Part shown: positions 16,125 through 25,860 of the stretch, piece by piece | How positions within the stretch are numbered: position 1 is the first letter of the stretch | Layout of the letters: each line of letters opens with the position of its first letter | Source of the DNA: a virus | UHGV virus genome: UHGV-0041136 | Reading direction: 5' to 3' (one strand) | Length of the DNA stretch: 45,168 nucleotides | Translations under genes and position numbers: made by a program | Notes under the pieces: generated by a model | Databases searched by the model: none | What the model saw: the letters and a program-made list of their open reading frames with translations, nothing else | What the model was told of the DNA's origin: nothing

Positions 16125-16405
16125 CCCCAGAAGGCAAGATTCAGAAATACGCAAAAGAGCGATTCGAGGCCATTGGCGGCCTCGTTCGTAAACTTTCCTA
16201 CGAAGGACGTTCCGGCGCTCCTGACCTGCTGGTAATTCTCCCCGGCGGCATCGTCTGGTTCGTTGAGGTTAAGAAAGATGAAAACACGAAGCCCGACCCC
16301 CACCAGTTACGCGAGCACGAGCGGATGCGTAAAAGAGGTGCAAATGTTTTTGTCGTCGGTTCGTTTAAACAGGTTGACGACCTAATAGCGAACTATTATA
16401 GTTAG
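16121..16405 (+). CDS. VRR-NUC domain nuclease
   Basis: ATG 16121; GAPDLLVILPGGIVWFVEVKK...RGANVFVV matches the VRR-NUC pattern. Confidence 0.65.
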   Translation: MTPEGKIQKYAKERFEAIGGLVRKLSYEGRSGAPDLLVILPGGIVWFVEVKKDENTKPDPHQLREHERMRKRGANVFVVGSFKQVDDLIANYYS

Positions 16406-16435
16406 TCCTACACCAACAATATAAGGAATTGAGAA

Positions 16436-16627
16436 ATGAAACACGAATACGACCGCAAACCAGCACGTGACATCGTACCGGGCGACATGATTTTCAACGT
16501 TAAAACCCGACAGCCGGTTGCCGTTGATACGGTGTACGTCGAGTCGAACGGTAAACTGGTTATCGAAGACGTAACTGGAAACGTTACGGCGTTCGGGCGT
16601 AAAGAGTTAGTTCTGGTGCTGAAATGA
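16436..16627 (+). CDS. hypothetical protein
   Basis: ATG 16436 with AAGGA SD. Confidence 0.5.
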   Translation: MKHEYDRKPARDIVPGDMIFNVKTRQPVAVDTVYVESNGKLVIEDVTGNVTAFGRKELVLVLK

Positions 16628-17307
16628 TTGTCTGGTCATTGTTTGACGGTTCGGGCCTCATGGCCCAACCGTGGGCGGAAGCGGGCCATACGTGCTATTG
16701 TTTCAACTACGACGGTGCTGACCACGGCGACTACGCACGATTGGGTGCAAAAGTTGAACACGATAACATTCACTATATAAACGCGTGGATTGATAATAAG
16801 TTCGACTTCGAGGTTGCACCGGATATTATTTTCGCGTTCCCTCCGTGCACAGATTTAGCCGTTAGTGGCGCTGCGCATTTCGAAACGAAGCGGAGAAGGA
16901 ACCCAACGTTTCAGGTGGAGGCCGTGATTACATGCAAAGTGGCTGCGCGTCTGGCTAAAAAGTACAACGTACCCTATATGATTGAGAACCCTGTTAGCGT
17001 TCTCTCGTCTTTGTGGCGTAAGCCTGACTACGCGTTCAATCCATACGAATACGGCGGCTATTTACCCGAAGACGACACGCACCCAATGTTCCCCGAATAC
17101 ATAAAACCGCGGGACGCGTACCCTAAGAAGACATGTATTTGGGCGGGTAACGGTTTTGTGATGCCTGTTAAATCATGTGTCGCCGTGGTTGGCGGTTACT
17201 CTGACCAACACAATAAATTAGGCGGTAAATCGGTGAGGACAAAAACAATCCGCAGCCTTACCCCGCGGGGTTTCGCAAAAGCAGTTTATGAGGCCAATCA
17301 TGTCTAA
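16624..17307 (+). CDS. DNA (cytosine-5)-methyltransferase-like protein, unusually short (227 aa)
   Basis: motif I-like LFDGSG, motif IV-like FPPCTDLAVSG (Pro-Cys), motif VI-like MIENPV; no room for a canonical target-recognition domain. Confidence 0.5.
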   Translation: MIVWSLFDGSGLMAQPWAEAGHTCYCFNYDGADHGDYARLGAKVEHDNIHYINAWIDNKFDFEVAPDIIFAFPPCTDLAVSGAAHFETKRRRNPTFQVEAVITCKVAARLAKKYNVPYMIENPVSVLSSLWRKPDYAFNPYEYGGYLPEDDTHPMFPEYIKPRDAYPKKTCIWAGNGFVMPVKSCVAVVGGYSDQHNKLGGKSVRTKTIRSLTPRGFAKAVYEANHV

Positions 17308-18724
17308 GTTTCAAAGGCGCGAATACCAGAAGCTCATGACTTCGTTCATGTTGCGGCACCATCGCTGCAACATATGGGCAAGCATGGGCGCTGGGAAGAC
17401 TGGCAGCGTACTGTGGGCATTAAACCGACTGTTCCGCAACGGTCAACTTACGGACGACGACCGAGTGCTGATACTCGCCCCGTTACGTGTTGCATCTGGT
17501 ACGTGGCCCGCAGAACAAGAGAAGTGGCGGTTCCCTTGTCTGCGTGTCGTCGATGCTACCGGTTCAGAGAAGCGCCGTATCGCGGCGCTGGAGTCTGACG
17601 CTAACGTGGTATGCACTAACTACGAAGTTATCGAGTGGCTGATTGACTACTACGGCAAAGACGACTGGCCTTTTACCGTTATCGTTGCCGATGAAAGCAC
17701 GAAGCTTAAATCATTCCGCAGCCGTTCTGGCGGAAGCAAGCGTGCAAAAGCGCTTAGTAGAGTGGCGTTCGGAAAGGTTAAGCGTTTCATCAACCTGACG
17801 GGTACACCGTCGCCAAATGGCCTCAAGGACTTGTGGGGGCAGAACTGGTTTATCGACGCTGGCGAGCGCCTTGGTTCTTCATACACGGCATTCACAGACC
17901 GCTGGTTTAACTCGGTACAGAAAGGTAAGTCGGCGATGGCGCGTGAGTATCATGCACGCCCTGGCGCGGATAATGAGATCCACCAGAAGATGAAGGACAT
18001 TAGTCTCACGATTGACGCCGCTGAGTGGTTCGGCTGTGAAGCACCGATTATTGTACCGGTTGAAATCGACCTGCCGAAGAAAGCACGTCAGGCGTACATC
18101 GATATGGAGGAGAAGCTATTCGCGGAACTGGAGAGCGGAGAAGTTGAAGCGGCTAACGCCGCAGCGAAGACGTCGAAGTGTTTGCAGATTGCTTCCGGTG
18201 CCGTGTATGTTTCGGGGCCAGACGGCGAAGCAACGAAAGACTGGGAGAAAGTGCACGACACGAAACTGGATGCGCTGGAATCGATTGTTGAGGAGTTACA
18301 GGGTGCGCCATTACTGGTGGCCTATCAGTTCAAGCACGAACTTGAGCGCATCCTTAAGCGATTCCCGCAGGCACAGGCGTTTGCCAAAGGTGCGAAGGGT
18401 AATAAGCAGATGGAAGCGTGGAACCGTGGCGAAATCGAAATCCTATGCGTACATCCTGCGTCAGCCGGTCATGGTTTGAACTTACAGGATGGAGGACATC
18501 ATCTGGCGTTCATCTCGCAAGGCTGGAACCTTGAGCACTATTTGCAGGTCGTGGAGCGTATAGGGCCTGTACGCCAGAAACAGGCAGGCCACGAGCGCCC
18601 GGTGTTTCTTTACCATATAGTTGCTAAAGACACGCTGGACGAGGTTGTTGCCGCGCGTACCGACGAGAAGAAATCTGTACAGGAAGAGTTACTTAATTAC
18701 ATGAAGAGACGAGGTAAGAAATGA
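17288..18724 (+). CDS. SNF2-family helicase / ATPase
   Basis: Walker A GAGKTG, DEST box, LTGTPSPN motif; alternative ATG at 17300 has a better SD. Confidence 0.75.
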   Translation: MRPIMSKFQRREYQKLMTSFMLRHHRCNIWASMGAGKTGSVLWALNRLFRNGQLTDDDRVLILAPLRVASGTWPAEQEKWRFPCLRVVDATGSEKRRIAALESDANVVCTNYEVIEWLIDYYGKDDWPFTVIVADESTKLKSFRSRSGGSKRAKALSRVAFGKVKRFINLTGTPSPNGLKDLWGQNWFIDAGERLGSSYTAFTDRWFNSVQKGKSAMAREYHARPGADNEIHQKMKDISLTIDAAEWFGCEAPIIVPVEIDLPKKARQAYIDMEEKLFAELESGEVEAANAAAKTSKCLQIASGAVYVSGPDGEATKDWEKVHDTKLDALESIVEELQGAPLLVAYQFKHELERILKRFPQAQAFAKGAKGNKQMEAWNRGEIEILCVHPASAGHGLNLQDGGHHLAFISQGWNLEHYLQVVERIGPVRQKQAGHERPVFLYHIVAKDTLDEVVAARTDEKKSVQEELLNYMKRRGKK

Positions 18725-18858
18725 ACATCATAGCCCCGATTCCAGCACTGCAAAAACGTATCAAGGAGCTTGAGGAGGAGGTTATACGACTACGGCAGCA
18801 GAGAGATGCCGCTAATGCGCAACTGGCGTTTGTACTGGAGAAGTTATCAGAAGAGTAG
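18721..18858 (+). CDS. small coiled-coil protein (45 aa)
   Basis: ATGA overlap with SNF2 stop; followed by hairpin at 18864..18880. Confidence 0.3.
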   Translation: MNIIAPIPALQKRIKELEEEVIRLRQQRDAANAQLAFVLEKLSEE

Positions 18859-18899
18859 AGAAAAGGCCCCGTTTGGGGCTACTTTCAGGAGCAAATACA

Positions 18900-19220
18900 A
18901 TGAAACGTATTACCGCAATTGCAATCACTCTGGCCGCTGTTCTGGGCTGCTCGTATGTGGGGTCCGCCGCTGCCGTCACTCCGGTCGAAATGTGCCAGGA
19001 GCTGGCCGAAATGGGAGGCGTTATTGTCGACGCCCGCAACCGTGGCGACTCGCTGGAAAACGTAACCAGCATTATCAACGGCAGCGATATGACCCCGAGC
19101 CTTAAAGCGGGCATGACGCGCATCGCCATTACGATCTACAGCAATCCGTCGCTGAAACGCGCCGATGTTGTGGCGTATGGGTTTAAGGGCTGTATCGACG
19201 GAATGTCGGAGGATATGTGA
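18900..19220 (+). CDS. putative lipoprotein / secreted protein
   Basis: ATG 18900 with AGGAG SD; signal peptide MKRITAIAITLAAVLGC with lipobox-like VLGC. Confidence 0.5.
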   Translation: MKRITAIAITLAAVLGCSYVGSAAAVTPVEMCQELAEMGGVIVDARNRGDSLENVTSIINGSDMTPSLKAGMTRIAITIYSNPSLKRADVVAYGFKGCIDGMSEDM

Positions 19221-19388
19221 AAAACTGGAAGTGGTCTTTCAAATGGTGAAGTAGGTTTGACCTACTATTTGCCTTGTATATTGGGCATTTAATAGAAAAA
19301 TACCATCCAGAGCTTACAACTGACAACATGTTAAGAGTGGCGGTGATTTTCTTTATTGTAATCGGCATAAATATTCGGGGTAAGAGAA

Positions 19389-19757
19389 ATGACTGAGAAA
19401 GAATTACGCAAAGCCGCGCTCTTATATTTGGAAATGGCTGCGCTATCCTGCGCCAGGGGTGCGTACTACGATACGCTAAGTGGTTACAGAACATACATTA
19501 TAGGAGCCACACTAAGAGACGGAGGGGCGCGTACAGATAATCACGCTGATAATATGTTCCAGGCTGAAGAGAATGCCAGAAAAGCATTACAATCCTTAAT
19601 TGGAGAAAGAACGATATCAGTATTTGAAGAACATCATGGCGCAATCAGGGTAACTATTTGGCATGGCGAAAAATTAATAGGGCATTATTCTATTGAACAA
19701 AAATCCGTAAATGTTTTTGACGGTGAACCGCTAACTGCGGAAGGCGAACAAAAATGA
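19389..19757 (+). CDS. hypothetical protein
   Basis: ATG 19389; lies in AT-rich accessory segment. Confidence 0.45.
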   Translation: MTEKELRKAALLYLEMAALSCARGAYYDTLSGYRTYIIGATLRDGGARTDNHADNMFQAEENARKALQSLIGERTISVFEEHHGAIRVTIWHGEKLIGHYSIEQKSVNVFDGEPLTAEGEQK

Positions 19758-19965
19758 CTGAAGAACAACTGAAAGAGTGCGAGGCATAAGCAAACACCAT
19801 GTATACGTATCTACTGATAGGATTTGTGTTCTATTTGTGGTCAATATTACGTTGCCCAATAGCATTCTCAATACCCGTGAATATAGTGTTAATGATAATC
19901 TACACAATATTTTACCCTTTTATATTGTTATTCGCTGCGATAGCGCGATGCAAGGAGATATTGAA

Positions 19966-20223
19966 ATGACAAAATTAGTAATTCGCAAGAAAGAAGCACA
20001 ACCATGTGTGTTTATATTTCGGGCTGATGGTTCTTGTTACACTGAGTTGTTGCCCGGCATGGCGCCATCGAATCTTGACGTTGACCATATTAGCATTACT
20101 GGCCCTTACGATGCCGATTTGCTGAGAAAAGCTGCATACTTCGCCAATCTCATAGCTTGCACCGAAAAATTAAGAAGTAATTTTAATGAGTTGGGCTGCG
20201 ATATAGAGGTTATTTGTAAGTGA
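19966..20223 (+). CDS. hypothetical protein (85 aa)
   Basis: ATG 19966 with AAGGAG SD; track ORF from GTG 19777 extends through AT-rich non-coding-looking DNA. Confidence 0.4.
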   Translation: MTKLVIRKKEAQPCVFIFRADGSCYTELLPGMAPSNLDVDHISITGPYDADLLRKAAYFANLIACTEKLRSNFNELGCDIEVICK

Positions 20224-20226
20224 AAG

Positions 20227-20248
20227 ACGGGGCGTGACAGCGCCCCGT
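20227..20248. terminator. bidirectional hairpin terminator at the junction of the replication and structural modules
   Basis: ACGGGGCG-tgacag-CGCCCCGT 8-bp stem between convergent gene ends. Confidence 0.5.
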
Positions 20249-20255
20249 GTTAAAA

Positions 20256-20558
20256 TTAAATTACATCTTCTGTGTTCGCAAAATCCGGCAAAGTTCGAAG
20301 ATGCGCATAAGCCTGGTCTATTAAGTTAACTGTGCTATTCCAGTCCGGTGTAAATTGTACAGACTTGAAAACACCAGGCGCTGTTTCATCAACAATGTTA
20401 AAACCGTTAGTCTCAACGATCCATAAATCAGAGAGAAACACATCAAGACTAACAGAATTAACACTTCCTCTGAAAGTCTGGATGATGGCATATTTATAGC
20501 TAACATCACCATTTGAGGTTGTTGCATTAAAGGCGCCCTTAAGTGCTTTAATTGCCAT
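20256..20558 (-). CDS. hypothetical protein, last gene of structural operon
   Basis: ATG 20558 with GGAGGA SD overlapping the tailspike stop. Confidence 0.5.
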   Translation of the reverse strand: MAIKALKGAFNATTSNGDVSYKYAIIQTFRGSVNSVSLDVFLSDLWIVETNGFNIVDETAPGVFKSVQFTPDWNSTVNLIDQAYAHLRTLPDFANTEDVI

Positions 20559-20560
20559 AA

Positions 20561-22936
20561 TTATTCCTCCAGCGTATAACGCCATTGTGGGTTGGTTACG
20601 GTTCCGCTGGTAAGCGCAAATGTAACTTGTTCCTGGTATTTTAACTCAAGATTTATGTTATGTGTACCTACGGCAGTTGTCTGGAACACCGGAAAACCGT
20701 TTTTATTAACAGAGCATGAGCCTCCGCCGGATGGAATTGTTACCGACACGAAGTATTTCCCTGGACGTCGGAATGAGTAACTATAGGTGCTGCCGTCTGT
20801 CGGTATTTGCGCTGTGCCGTTATCGTGTGACGCCTCTCGCATCGCAAAAGAAGACTGCGACCCATCATTGGTGTAGCGCACACGGCAGAAGTCCGTTTGA
20901 CGGGTGCGTACCTTACCCAGCTGGTTTTTGTTCGCCAGGCGAACAACATAGTTTGTGGTATTACCCTCTAATTTGGCATCTTCACCAAATGATACAGTGC
21001 CAGTTGCACTGGTTGAAGCCACAGACACAATAGCAAGATTAGCCTCGGATTCCGACCCATAGCCCGCATGAACATTGTTTGTCCAGCAGTTCCAGTAAAA
21101 TTTAAAATCACCGCCGACAGTTGAATCAATTTCAATTGGGGGTGTGCAAGCCCATCCAAACTGGGAAGCGTTAAGATTCTGAGCAAAACCACTCTTAACG
21201 AAAATTCTGCTCGGATCTCCAGTAATCGCCTGGCGCTGCCCTCTATACTTAAGCTTGCTTAAGTCGTTTGTCATCAGGAAAAGCTTTGATACATCCCAGC
21301 AGGTAAGATGATCTATAGTCAGTTGAGAGTTAAACCCTACGCGTGCGAAACGCCCGGAGTTTTGAGCATGGACACCGCCCATGTGCACCTCTGAGTTACA
21401 AATCTCCAGCGCATAAAGATCATCGGTCTGGTTAGACGCTGCCCACGTGGTATTGCCACAGATAGCGATATGGCGGTTCATATGAACGTTGCGGCAGTCC
21501 CATATAGCTAGATGCCCTATACCACCTGCGCCAATTAAAATATTTTCCAGAGATAAAGTTCCGCATTCACTAAATACCAGGCCACCTGATTTTTCATTGT
21601 GGGGCACGTAATCTTCAAACGTCATCGTTAAATCATAACAGTTAGAAATATACCCATACGTGCGGTTATTTTGCGTCCACACCGAATGGAAATGGCCCAT
21701 ACCAGAACCAGTATTTGACAGCTTAAAGTCACGACCGCAGGTTTTGATATTGAAGGCCGCTTTACCAACGTTCTGGATTGATGGTAGGACAGAGGTAAGA
21801 TCTGGCCATTGGGCTGTTACTGCTGAGTAGTCTGATTTACCTGTACTGAAAAGCACGGTGCCAGGGTAGTTTCCTACCTGAACATCAAATTCAGGAGCAT
21901 TCACCATTGACTCTAGCCGTAGAATATAGTTTGTGTCTACTAACGATGCTATTTGAGTATCGGTATAATTGCCAGTTCTAAAAGCTATCTGCGTATTATC
22001 AATGCGAAGTTTGAATAGCGGATTATTGGCTTGCACGACAAAAAAGCCGCCATTCTCACCAATAGCAAAGTTGCCGTCTATTCCGAAACGATCTCCACCA
22101 CCAGAAGCAGGAAGCATCCACGATAATGATTCAGGAAATGTACCACAGCGGATATAGTGACGTTGTGCAAGATATACCGTGCCAAAATCAAGACCCTTAA
22201 TAATGCTTTGTGGGTATCCAGAATTAGATAATGACGCGGCTGCTTTTAAACAATTTTCAAATGCCGCATCTTGTGCTGCTGATGTTTGAAACTGATTTTT
22301 TGCACCAGCCCAAGCCATACGGATTTCATTATTTTCAAATGACCGCTTCCATAAACGGCCAAGACCATCACGAAGATGGACGCAATCATCGTCGGGTGTT
22401 GTAGTATCCCCATCTACCCGAAAAAATACGCCTTGCGCCCCATCGTATGACGCGGTTCTACCCCCGCAGAAAATAGATTTTAAAGGACCGTTGTATGCTC
22501 TGATTGCCGAATAGAAAGGCTGGCCGAGGAGCGACAGACCGGCGGTTCCCGATAATTCCTGCCGTAAAAGCTGGTCCGTTCTTGGTTTCCAGTTACTATC
22601 CGCGGTCGGGTCTGTCCCCGGGCTAACAACATGCGGCAGCGCCCCGGCCCATGAGTACCAGTTATTGTCCGCTGGGTTAAAAACCACAGTATCGCGTGAA
22701 GATACCGTGCCCCCGGTGGTGAAATCAAAAGACGCAGGGTCATAGCCTATGTCCCGTAGAATAGCGGGCAAAGTTTTTTGTGTTTGCCCGGTTACCTGGT
22801 TGGTGGCAAAATCTATAGGAGACCCTGACGAAACTCCGCCAGTGAGTCCAGTGATAACTTCGGCCTCAAAGGTCTGGTGCTTCTTGGCCGTTTTCAGATC
22901 TTCCAGCGATAAGACGTCGCCGCATCCGCTTGACAT
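20561..22936 (-). CDS. tailspike protein (conserved N-terminal anchor, probable beta-helix depolymerase body)
   Basis: 791 aa; ATG 22936 with AAGAGGA SD; G/N/S/T-rich repetitive core typical of beta-helix tailspikes; position after the J-like gene. Confidence 0.6.
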   Translation of the reverse strand: MSSGCGDVLSLEDLKTAKKHQTFEAEVITGLTGGVSSGSPIDFATNQVTGQTQKTLPAILRDIGYDPASFDFTTGGTVSSRDTVVFNPADNNWYSWAGALPHVVSPGTDPTADSNWKPRTDQLLRQELSGTAGLSLLGQPFYSAIRAYNGPLKSIFCGGRTASYDGAQGVFFRVDGDTTTPDDDCVHLRDGLGRLWKRSFENNEIRMAWAGAKNQFQTSAAQDAAFENCLKAAASLSNSGYPQSIIKGLDFGTVYLAQRHYIRCGTFPESLSWMLPASGGGDRFGIDGNFAIGENGGFFVVQANNPLFKLRIDNTQIAFRTGNYTDTQIASLVDTNYILRLESMVNAPEFDVQVGNYPGTVLFSTGKSDYSAVTAQWPDLTSVLPSIQNVGKAAFNIKTCGRDFKLSNTGSGMGHFHSVWTQNNRTYGYISNCYDLTMTFEDYVPHNEKSGGLVFSECGTLSLENILIGAGGIGHLAIWDCRNVHMNRHIAICGNTTWAASNQTDDLYALEICNSEVHMGGVHAQNSGRFARVGFNSQLTIDHLTCWDVSKLFLMTNDLSKLKYRGQRQAITGDPSRIFVKSGFAQNLNASQFGWACTPPIEIDSTVGGDFKFYWNCWTNNVHAGYGSESEANLAIVSVASTSATGTVSFGEDAKLEGNTTNYVVRLANKNQLGKVRTRQTDFCRVRYTNDGSQSSFAMREASHDNGTAQIPTDGSTYSYSFRRPGKYFVSVTIPSGGGSCSVNKNGFPVFQTTAVGTHNINLELKYQEQVTFALTSGTVTNPQWRYTLEE

Positions 22937-22948
22937 ATCAGAATCCTC

Positions 22949-25504
22949 TTATGAAAAACCGTTGCTGAATCCGTCGGAGAAACCGCGACCTAAAGGCGCG
23001 ACACCGTCGTATTTGTAGAAATCTTCATCGTAGTTGTATCCTGTAATCTTAACTGTGCGGTCATCGCCCGGGGCGATTGAAGAAACAACTATCTTCTGAG
23101 CATTATGCCTTGCTTCGTTGCCAAATGAAAACTCAGTTTTTAGCGCACTATTCCCTGTGTAGATTGCCTCCTCCGGCGCAGAGAGCATAATCACCTCGCG
23201 GTCGTGGCCTCCTTTGATAACTGAGATGCTTTGTACTGAGCCGTCGCGCTTCTTGAGAATGATGGAATGGTCGTCACCGGGGGTAAACATAACAGGCTGA
23301 GACAGCGTAAGTGTAAGCCCATTAACGGCGACAACATAGCCATCCTGTGGCGCGATACGTGAGCCCTTAACTACGCTGATTACCCCGCCGGGAGTAGCGA
23401 GAGCGCCTTCTTCGGTAGCCTCAAACTCTACGACAACTTTACTTAACGCATTGCGCTGGTAGCGGCGCCACGCTAACCAATAGGCCTGTTGGTAGTTTCG
23501 CACACCCTTCGATTCGTATTCCTCGGTGTTTGCGCCGAGTTCTTCTGGGATATAAATAGTTTCCTGTACGTTCGTATCAGGGTCGATGTACGAGAATGAC
23601 AGACTATCGTAGGTTGTCGAATCGTTGAACGTACGGGACCATTTCTCCGTCCCGGTAGTTTTGCTGCGGTGGGTGAACACCATCTCTGGTCCAGCGACTG
23701 GGCGGTCGAATCGCAGCATAATATCTGCGCCTTTACGGTACGCGGTGCAGAACACGGCTTCCGCTATAGTCTGAACGATGTCCTGCATCGTGGTGTCGTA
23801 GTCGTCGAACGTGTAGCAGAACTGCCCTGCCAATTCACTTCCGAAATAGGACTCAATTTCTTCCTGCACGGATAGTAACTTATCCATGTTTGACGTTGTC
23901 AGTTCCAGATTACCAACTGCGGGGTCGCGGGCCAGTCTGATTAGCGACTGCACCGCCTGCGTATTAGGTGTCATTACCGTAGCGAATACACCATTACCGA
24001 GATATTTGTAGCACATCTCGGTTGCAATCATACGCAGTTCCGGGTTATCGATACTGGCGGCCCGCGGCGTCTGTTTACGCGCGCAATGCACGGTAGTTCT
24101 GTTGCCGTAGTGGGGGGTAGTGTCCAGTGACTGCCCATACAGGTTGGTGAAGGTTATCTCGTCACTTACCGTACCGTCGAAATCTTTATCAGAGTTACTA
24201 ACCCGTCTAGCTCTTACGCGGACCCTGCTTGCCATTGGAAGGTAGCCGTAGGCGCTTGTTCCAGTGTAATCGGTGTTGCGACCAGTTACTACAACCCGTG
24301 TCGTGTAAATATCGCCAATCGGCTGTCTTTGTTCGTTTACTGCTTGAAATTGCAGCTCTATCGTGGCGCTTGCAGTGCTGTAGCTGCCGTTGTAACGGTA
24401 CATGCCGTTTGCCCCTGCAAAGTTGGCCAGGACTCGGTCAACACTTCCTCTGGTGATGTAGTACCAGTCTGTTAGCGACTTGTTGTATGTGTCCTGCGGG
24501 CGCATAGAGTTCTCCGCATCGTTGCCGCGGATAGCGTAGCCGACGGCAGCGTTCCAGTCAGATGTACGCCCTGTAATATCCAGTGTCACCGTATTTTCTG
24601 ATACGTCTAAAACCTGGTAATATCCGGTAAGGGACACGTTGTTTGTCGTCCACATAGGGTCGCAAACTACGATGTCACCTACGGATATATCTTCACTAAA
24701 ATCTACCGCTGACGAAGTTTCGGTAAGAGTGCCCGTGTTGCCAGATACAGATACGAATGCGGTTTCACCGTCAAAAACTACGCCTAAATCATTAGGCGCC
24801 TTAAGCACAACACCGTCAACGTCATCGTTCATAAAAGTAACGTATAACCTTTGATTTATAACGTCGCCGATTTGCAGTTGCGGTGTAGCTGTGTTGTTGG
24901 GGGAAGTGTACGGCGCGTACACGGCAACGGACGAGCCAGTAATATCACTAATCCTTGTATCACCTTCAGTAACACCATCCGCTTCGATATGCAGATGCCC
25001 GCGCCCTGCGTCGTAGTACGAATACTCCAGCAAAGCGCCCGTGGAGTTAAACGCCTTGTACGTCTGCATCAGGTCATTAGGAATTGTCTGTACAGTCCCG
25101 CATATGTCATAAGAGCGTTCGTAAGGGCGCGGCTTGTTGGAACGGTCGGTAAGGCTGTTGTTCGGTGACGTTGTCTGATTGTTAGTCGCCGTGTAGTCGG
25201 CATTAGGTGCCCTGTTAAGACCAAACAACTTAGCGATTGGCTTAAGGATAAAACCAAACACCTTCCCAATAGCGTTACCTATCCCGCCGCCCGCACCCTC
25301 GATAATGTGATATACAGCGTCTTCATCTTTAAGTGCGTCGAAGTCGTCCGTTACGTCGGTATCGTCACCAATCTCACCGAGGTAGACGCGCACCGGCACG
25401 CCGTCGGGGATACGGTTAATGACAAACTCCATCGGCATCCCGACGTGTTTTGTATGGTCGAAAGCCCCGTCGGCATTTCGCGTGTAGTGCAGGATTATCG
25501 CCAA
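22949..25504 (-). CDS. central tail fibre / tail tip protein (gpJ-like position)
   Basis: 851 aa following K/L/M-like genes; TTG start at 25504 with GGAG SD (alternative ATG 25438). Confidence 0.55.
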   Translation of the reverse strand: MAIILHYTRNADGAFDHTKHVGMPMEFVINRIPDGVPVRVYLGEIGDDTDVTDDFDALKDEDAVYHIIEGAGGGIGNAIGKVFGFILKPIAKLFGLNRAPNADYTATNNQTTSPNNSLTDRSNKPRPYERSYDICGTVQTIPNDLMQTYKAFNSTGALLEYSYYDAGRGHLHIEADGVTEGDTRISDITGSSVAVYAPYTSPNNTATPQLQIGDVINQRLYVTFMNDDVDGVVLKAPNDLGVVFDGETAFVSVSGNTGTLTETSSAVDFSEDISVGDIVVCDPMWTTNNVSLTGYYQVLDVSENTVTLDITGRTSDWNAAVGYAIRGNDAENSMRPQDTYNKSLTDWYYITRGSVDRVLANFAGANGMYRYNGSYSTASATIELQFQAVNEQRQPIGDIYTTRVVVTGRNTDYTGTSAYGYLPMASRVRVRARRVSNSDKDFDGTVSDEITFTNLYGQSLDTTPHYGNRTTVHCARKQTPRAASIDNPELRMIATEMCYKYLGNGVFATVMTPNTQAVQSLIRLARDPAVGNLELTTSNMDKLLSVQEEIESYFGSELAGQFCYTFDDYDTTMQDIVQTIAEAVFCTAYRKGADIMLRFDRPVAGPEMVFTHRSKTTGTEKWSRTFNDSTTYDSLSFSYIDPDTNVQETIYIPEELGANTEEYESKGVRNYQQAYWLAWRRYQRNALSKVVVEFEATEEGALATPGGVISVVKGSRIAPQDGYVVAVNGLTLTLSQPVMFTPGDDHSIILKKRDGSVQSISVIKGGHDREVIMLSAPEEAIYTGNSALKTEFSFGNEARHNAQKIVVSSIAPGDDRTVKITGYNYDEDFYKYDGVAPLGRGFSDGFSNGFS

Positions 25505-25860
25505 AATTCAATCTCCGTGTACGTGTCTCTGATGTCCGCCAGCCTGTCAAGCCGTACCTGACGGGACGCAAGCTCGCAATGGCTCACCATCCCGTCGAAG
25601 TAAACTCCTGCGTGCCACACGATACGACCCCCGCGGCGATACCCCATAAGCACCGCACAGAAGTTTTCAGGCTTATCAATTTTTGTAAGCCCCTTCGTGT
25701 TGCGATGTCCTTCGTCAAACGCGTCGTTAATTGCCGTTGGGCTTGTAACGTCGAACGCCGGGGTTTCTAACCCGGCATCCGCGCGGACAATGCGCACATG
25801 GTGCCAGCAATTACGTTTGCGAAAGTCGTAAGGTATTCCCGTGTAGTCGTTAATATTCAT
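25495..25860 (-). CDS. tail assembly protein, NlpC/P60-like (gpK-like)
   Basis: Cys/His motifs RNCWHHV and WHAGVYFDGMVSHC; ATGA coupling; synteny. Confidence 0.45.
   Translation of the reverse strand: MNINDYTGIPYDFRKRNCWHHVRIVRADAGLETPAFDVTSPTAINDAFDEGHRNTKGLTKIDKPENFCAVLMGYRRGGRIVWHAGVYFDGMVSHCELASRQVRLDRLADIRDTYTEIEFWR

Noticed and set aside
19257-19282. TTGACC ... TATATT as the promoter for 19389..19757
   Set aside because: Spacer is only 14 bp; kept as unresolved rather than annotated.
19777-19965. N-terminal extension of ORF 19777..20223 from a GTG start
   Set aside because: Extension runs through AT-rich, promoter-like DNA; a strong SD precedes the internal ATG at 19966, which is the more plausible start.
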